Source: an uncultured Armatimonadia bacterium
GTDB lineage: Bacteria > Armatimonadota > Zipacnadia > CAVVLO01
Direction of reading: 5' to 3'
Length of the DNA stretch: 64,000 bases
NCBI GenBank assembly: GCA_963749155.1
Contig: CAVVLO010000001.1
Coordinates: forward strand, 544,001 to 608,000
A program made the translations under genes and the position numbers. Each line of letters begins with the position of its first letter. The stretch's first letter is position 1. Positions 61,423-64,000 of the stretch are shown here, piece by piece. The notes below the pieces were generated by a model. It saw only the letters and a list, made by a program, of their open reading frames with translations. It was not told the DNA's origin and searched no databases.

Positions 61423-63090
61423 ATGAGCCTGAGAGGGAAGCGGCAGTTTGGAGCCAGGGTAACTGGGCTTGTGATAGCAGGCCTTCTGCTGGCAAGCGTA
61501 ATCGTAATGGCAGCCGGCGGGAACGTGTCAGTGGACATGAAAGACGCGGACCTGCAGGAAGTATTGCTGCTGATGGCCCAGGAAAGCGGGCAGCAGATCG
61601 TAATCCAGGACGGAGTCGCCGGGCGGGTAACGGTAAGCCTGTACGACGTGCCGCTGGAGCGGGCCCTTGAGCTAATCCTGGCGCAGACAGGATTCAGTTG
61701 GACCAAAGAAGCCGACGCCTACATCGTAGGGCTGAAGCCGGCCGAGCCGGTAGCGGCGGATATGCCTGTGCGCGAGGCAATTGCCGCGGCCAGCAGCGAT
61801 GTGTCGCCGGCCTATGTGCCAGCCGGGCAGGACCTGATGGGCCTGCTGTTCGGCACCGGGGCGAACGTGCCTGAGCCGTCGGCTTATCCGATGGGGATCA
61901 GCGCGCCTCCCTCGGCGGAGATCGTGACGGAGAAGCTGCGGCTGAGCTACATTGACTGTCGGGACTTGCTTGCTTATATGGCGGGCGGGGAGACTTTCAG
62001 CCACCAGTTCCTGGCGAGTCGCCGCGGCGAGAGCAAAGGCGGGGGCAACGTCTACGGCGGGGACAGCAGCGGCGGCGGGACCGTGGGCGTATATGGCCAG
62101 TTTGGCGGCCGCAGCAGCAGTGGCCAGAGCGGTCGGAGCGGCCAGAGCGGGGGCAACTACCAGGGCACTGGCGGTCGGCAGAGCGGCGGCTTCGGCCAGA
62201 GCGGTGGCGGAATGGGCGGCGGCGGGTACGGTATGACCGACCTTTTGCCGGCTGGAGTCTCGGCGCCAATGGCCTATGACATCGAAAACGCGGTAATCAT
62301 CAGCGGGACGCGGGAAGGGATCGACCAGTTCCGCGAGCTGGTGAAACTGATGGACATCCCGCCCAAGCAGGTACTTATCACGGCGGAGTTCCTCGAGGTA
62401 AACACCAGCGACACGGAGTCTTTCGGTATCGACTGGCGGTTCTTCAACGGGGGAGAGCTGGACGTGTCCATCCTGGGCGCGCCAGGCGGCCAGAACACTT
62501 CGGTGAAGTATGCGAAGGGGAACTTCCGGGCAACGCTGGCGGCGCTGAAGTCGCAGGGACGCGGGCGAGTAATCAACGCTCCGCGAGTCGCGACCATCAA
62601 CAACTTCGAGGCAGAAGTGGACTTCACGACGGAATATCCTTACTGGACCGCGAGCGTGACGTACAACGAGTTCGGTCAGCGCCAGGTGGACTACGAACTG
62701 GAGACAACCGACGTTTCGACTTATCTGTATGTGCTGCCGCGGATCAACGGGGACGACTCGATTACGGTGTACGTGGAGCCGGACATCGAAGAAGTGGTAG
62801 GAACGGCGACAGGCCCGGACGGGCAGACGCAGCCGATCATCGCCTCGCGTAGCGTAAGCAGCTATATGAGAGTGAAGGACGGCGAGACGATCGTACTGGG
62901 CGGGCTGATCACGCAGAACAAGCAGGAGTCGATCCGCAAGACGCCTATCCTGAGCGATCTGCCTTTGATCGGGCGGCTGTTCACCTCGAAGGAAACGAGC
63001 TTCGTGGACACGGAGCTGCTGATCTTCCTGACCCCGGAGATTTTGCGGGACGAGACGACCGAGAAGTACCGCGAGGCCTTGATGCAGTAG
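61423..63090 (+). CDS. Outer-membrane secretin (STN, one N domain with Gly-rich insert, secretin domain)
   Basis: DIPPKQVLITAEFLEV, FGIDW, NAPRVATINN, VKDGETIVLGGL, P.LSDLPLIGRLF, ELLIFLTPEI. Confidence 0.92.
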   Translation: MSLRGKRQFGARVTGLVIAGLLLASVIVMAAGGNVSVDMKDADLQEVLLLMAQESGQQIVIQDGVAGRVTVSLYDVPLERALELILAQTGFSWTKEADAYIVGLKPAEPVAADMPVREAIAAASSDVSPAYVPAGQDLMGLLFGTGANVPEPSAYPMGISAPPSAEIVTEKLRLSYIDCRDLLAYMAGGETFSHQFLASRRGESKGGGNVYGGDSSGGGTVGVYGQFGGRSSSGQSGRSGQSGGNYQGTGGRQSGGFGQSGGGMGGGGYGMTDLLPAGVSAPMAYDIENAVIISGTREGIDQFRELVKLMDIPPKQVLITAEFLEVNTSDTESFGIDWRFFNGGELDVSILGAPGGQNTSVKYAKGNFRATLAALKSQGRGRVINAPRVATINNFEAEVDFTTEYPYWTASVTYNEFGQRQVDYELETTDVSTYLYVLPRINGDDSITVYVEPDIEEVVGTATGPDGQTQPIIASRSVSSYMRVKDGETIVLGGLITQNKQESIRKTPILSDLPLIGRLFTSKETSFVDTELLIFLTPEILRDETTEKYREALMQ

Positions 63091-63122
63091 ATTGCAAGCC
63101 TCAGATGGTTCTCTGATATAAA

Positions 63123-63150
63123 GCAGCGCCGCCTTCGGGCGGCGCTGGTT
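63123..63150 (+). terminator. GC-rich hairpin with cUUCGg loop after secretin (terminator or stabiliser)
   Basis: cagcgccgcc-ttcg-ggcggcgctg; weak T tail. Confidence 0.6.
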
Positions 63151-63164
63151 CTAGGCAGGGGCAG

Positions 63165-63193
63165 TTGACAGGCTTCGAGTGAAGATATAGCTT
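63165..63193 (+). promoter_or_regulatory. Sigma70-type promoter of ilvE
   Basis: TTGACA-17bp-TAGCTT. Confidence 0.6.
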
Positions 63194-63246
63194 AGAAGGT
63201 TCGAGCAGCGGTTCGATTACCAGCAGCAGGTGGCAAGGTGACAGAA

Positions 63247-64000
63247 ATGAGCGAGCGACTAGTCTATGTCGACGGGCAATTTGCTCCAAAATCCGAGGCG
63301 AAGATCTCGGTCTTCGATCATGGGTATCTTTATGGAGATGGCGTTTTCGAGGGCATCAGGGCCTATTCGGGACGTATCTTCAGATTGGAGCAACACATAG
63401 AGCGCCTTTATGATTCGGCGCGCACCATAGCGCTGGAGCCACCAGTCAGTCCAGATGAGCTTATGCGGCTGACTGCAGAGACTGTCCGGGTGAATGAGCT
63501 TACGGATGCTTATATCCGCCTTGTGGTTTCACGCGGCAAGGGTGACCTGGGCCTCGATCCACGTAAATGTCCGGTGCCGACTATCGTCATTATCGCTGAT
63601 TCTATCCAGCTTTATCCTGAGCACTATTATGAGCAAGGGCTTGAGGTTATCACCGTAGCGACGAGGCGGAACCATCCAACAGCGCTGAGTCCCAAAGTGA
63701 AATCGCTCAACTACCTCAACAACATAATGGCAAAAATCGAGCTTAATCGGGCTGGCATGCCCGAGGGTCTGATGTTGAATGCGGAAGGTTATGTTGCAGA
63801 GGCTACGGGAGATAATGTCTTCCTGGTCAAGCACGGCAAGTTGTTGACTCCTCCCGAGTATGCTGGATTGTTGGTAGGAATCACTCGCGAGGCCGTTATG
63901 GAGCTGGCTGCACAGCGGGGATATGAAGTGCAGGAGCGACTGTTTACACTGCATGATGTCTATTGTGCCGAAGAGGCTTTTCTTACTGGTACCGCGGCTG
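63247..64000 (+). CDS. ilvE: Branched-chain amino acid aminotransferase (3' truncated by window); not in ORF track
   Basis: Hand translation MSERLVYVDG..SVFDHGYLYGDGVFEGIRAY..YIRLVVSRG.GDLGLDP..KVKSLNYLNN..AEATGDN. Confidence 0.94.
   Translation, partial: MSERLVYVDGQFAPKSEAKISVFDHGYLYGDGVFEGIRAYSGRIFRLEQHIERLYDSARTIALEPPVSPDELMRLTAETVRVNELTDAYIRLVVSRGKGDLGLDPRKCPVPTIVIIADSIQLYPEHYYEQGLEVITVATRRNHPTALSPKVKSLNYLNNIMAKIELNRAGMPEGLMLNAEGYVAEATGDNVFLVKHGKLLTPPEYAGLLVGITREAVMELAAQRGYEVQERLFTLHDVYCAEEAFLTGTAA

Overview
A gene-dense, GC-rich bacterial chromosomal segment made mostly of core genes. I saw no integrase, transposase, prophage or CRISPR array. Order: end of the spc/alpha ribosomal cluster (secY-adk-map-infA-rpmJ-rpsMKD-rpoA-rplQ-truA-rplM-rpsI); NlpC/P60 hydrolase; larCB; three tRNAs; a minus-strand S55-peptidase/mlaE/mlaF/mlaD/nitroreductase operon; two tandem histidine kinases; rpiB-glyA-dCMP deaminase-WecA/TagO-wecB; aminotransferase plus an isomerase-aldolase fusion; a secreted Met/Gly/Pro-repeat protein; a mixed pyrimidine-arginine operon (pyrC-carAB-pyrF-pyrB-argGH-pyrKD); femX-like/topA; envelope proteins; tRNA-Asp; an ADP-ribosylglycohydrolase/beta-helix/GH32 operon; msmX, Fe-ADH, tatC; an orphan secretin preceded by a truncated paralog of its own N-terminus; ilvE (partial). 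Firmicutes-like gene order together with outer-membrane genes suggests a diderm Terrabacteria lineage (Armatimonadota-like; inference only). About 13 single-base frameshifts, some in essential genes, point to uncorrected long-read indel errors. Best leads: a ~90-aa helical insertion in ribosomal protein bL17, the secreted MMPGGA-repeat protein whose signal peptide the ORF track missed, the secretin/mini-paralog pair, a divergent argG inside a pyr operon that sits behind a terminator, a PyrB with a fused Zn domain, and a protease-coupled trans-envelope Mla system. All function calls come from motif recognition by eye; no database searches were run.
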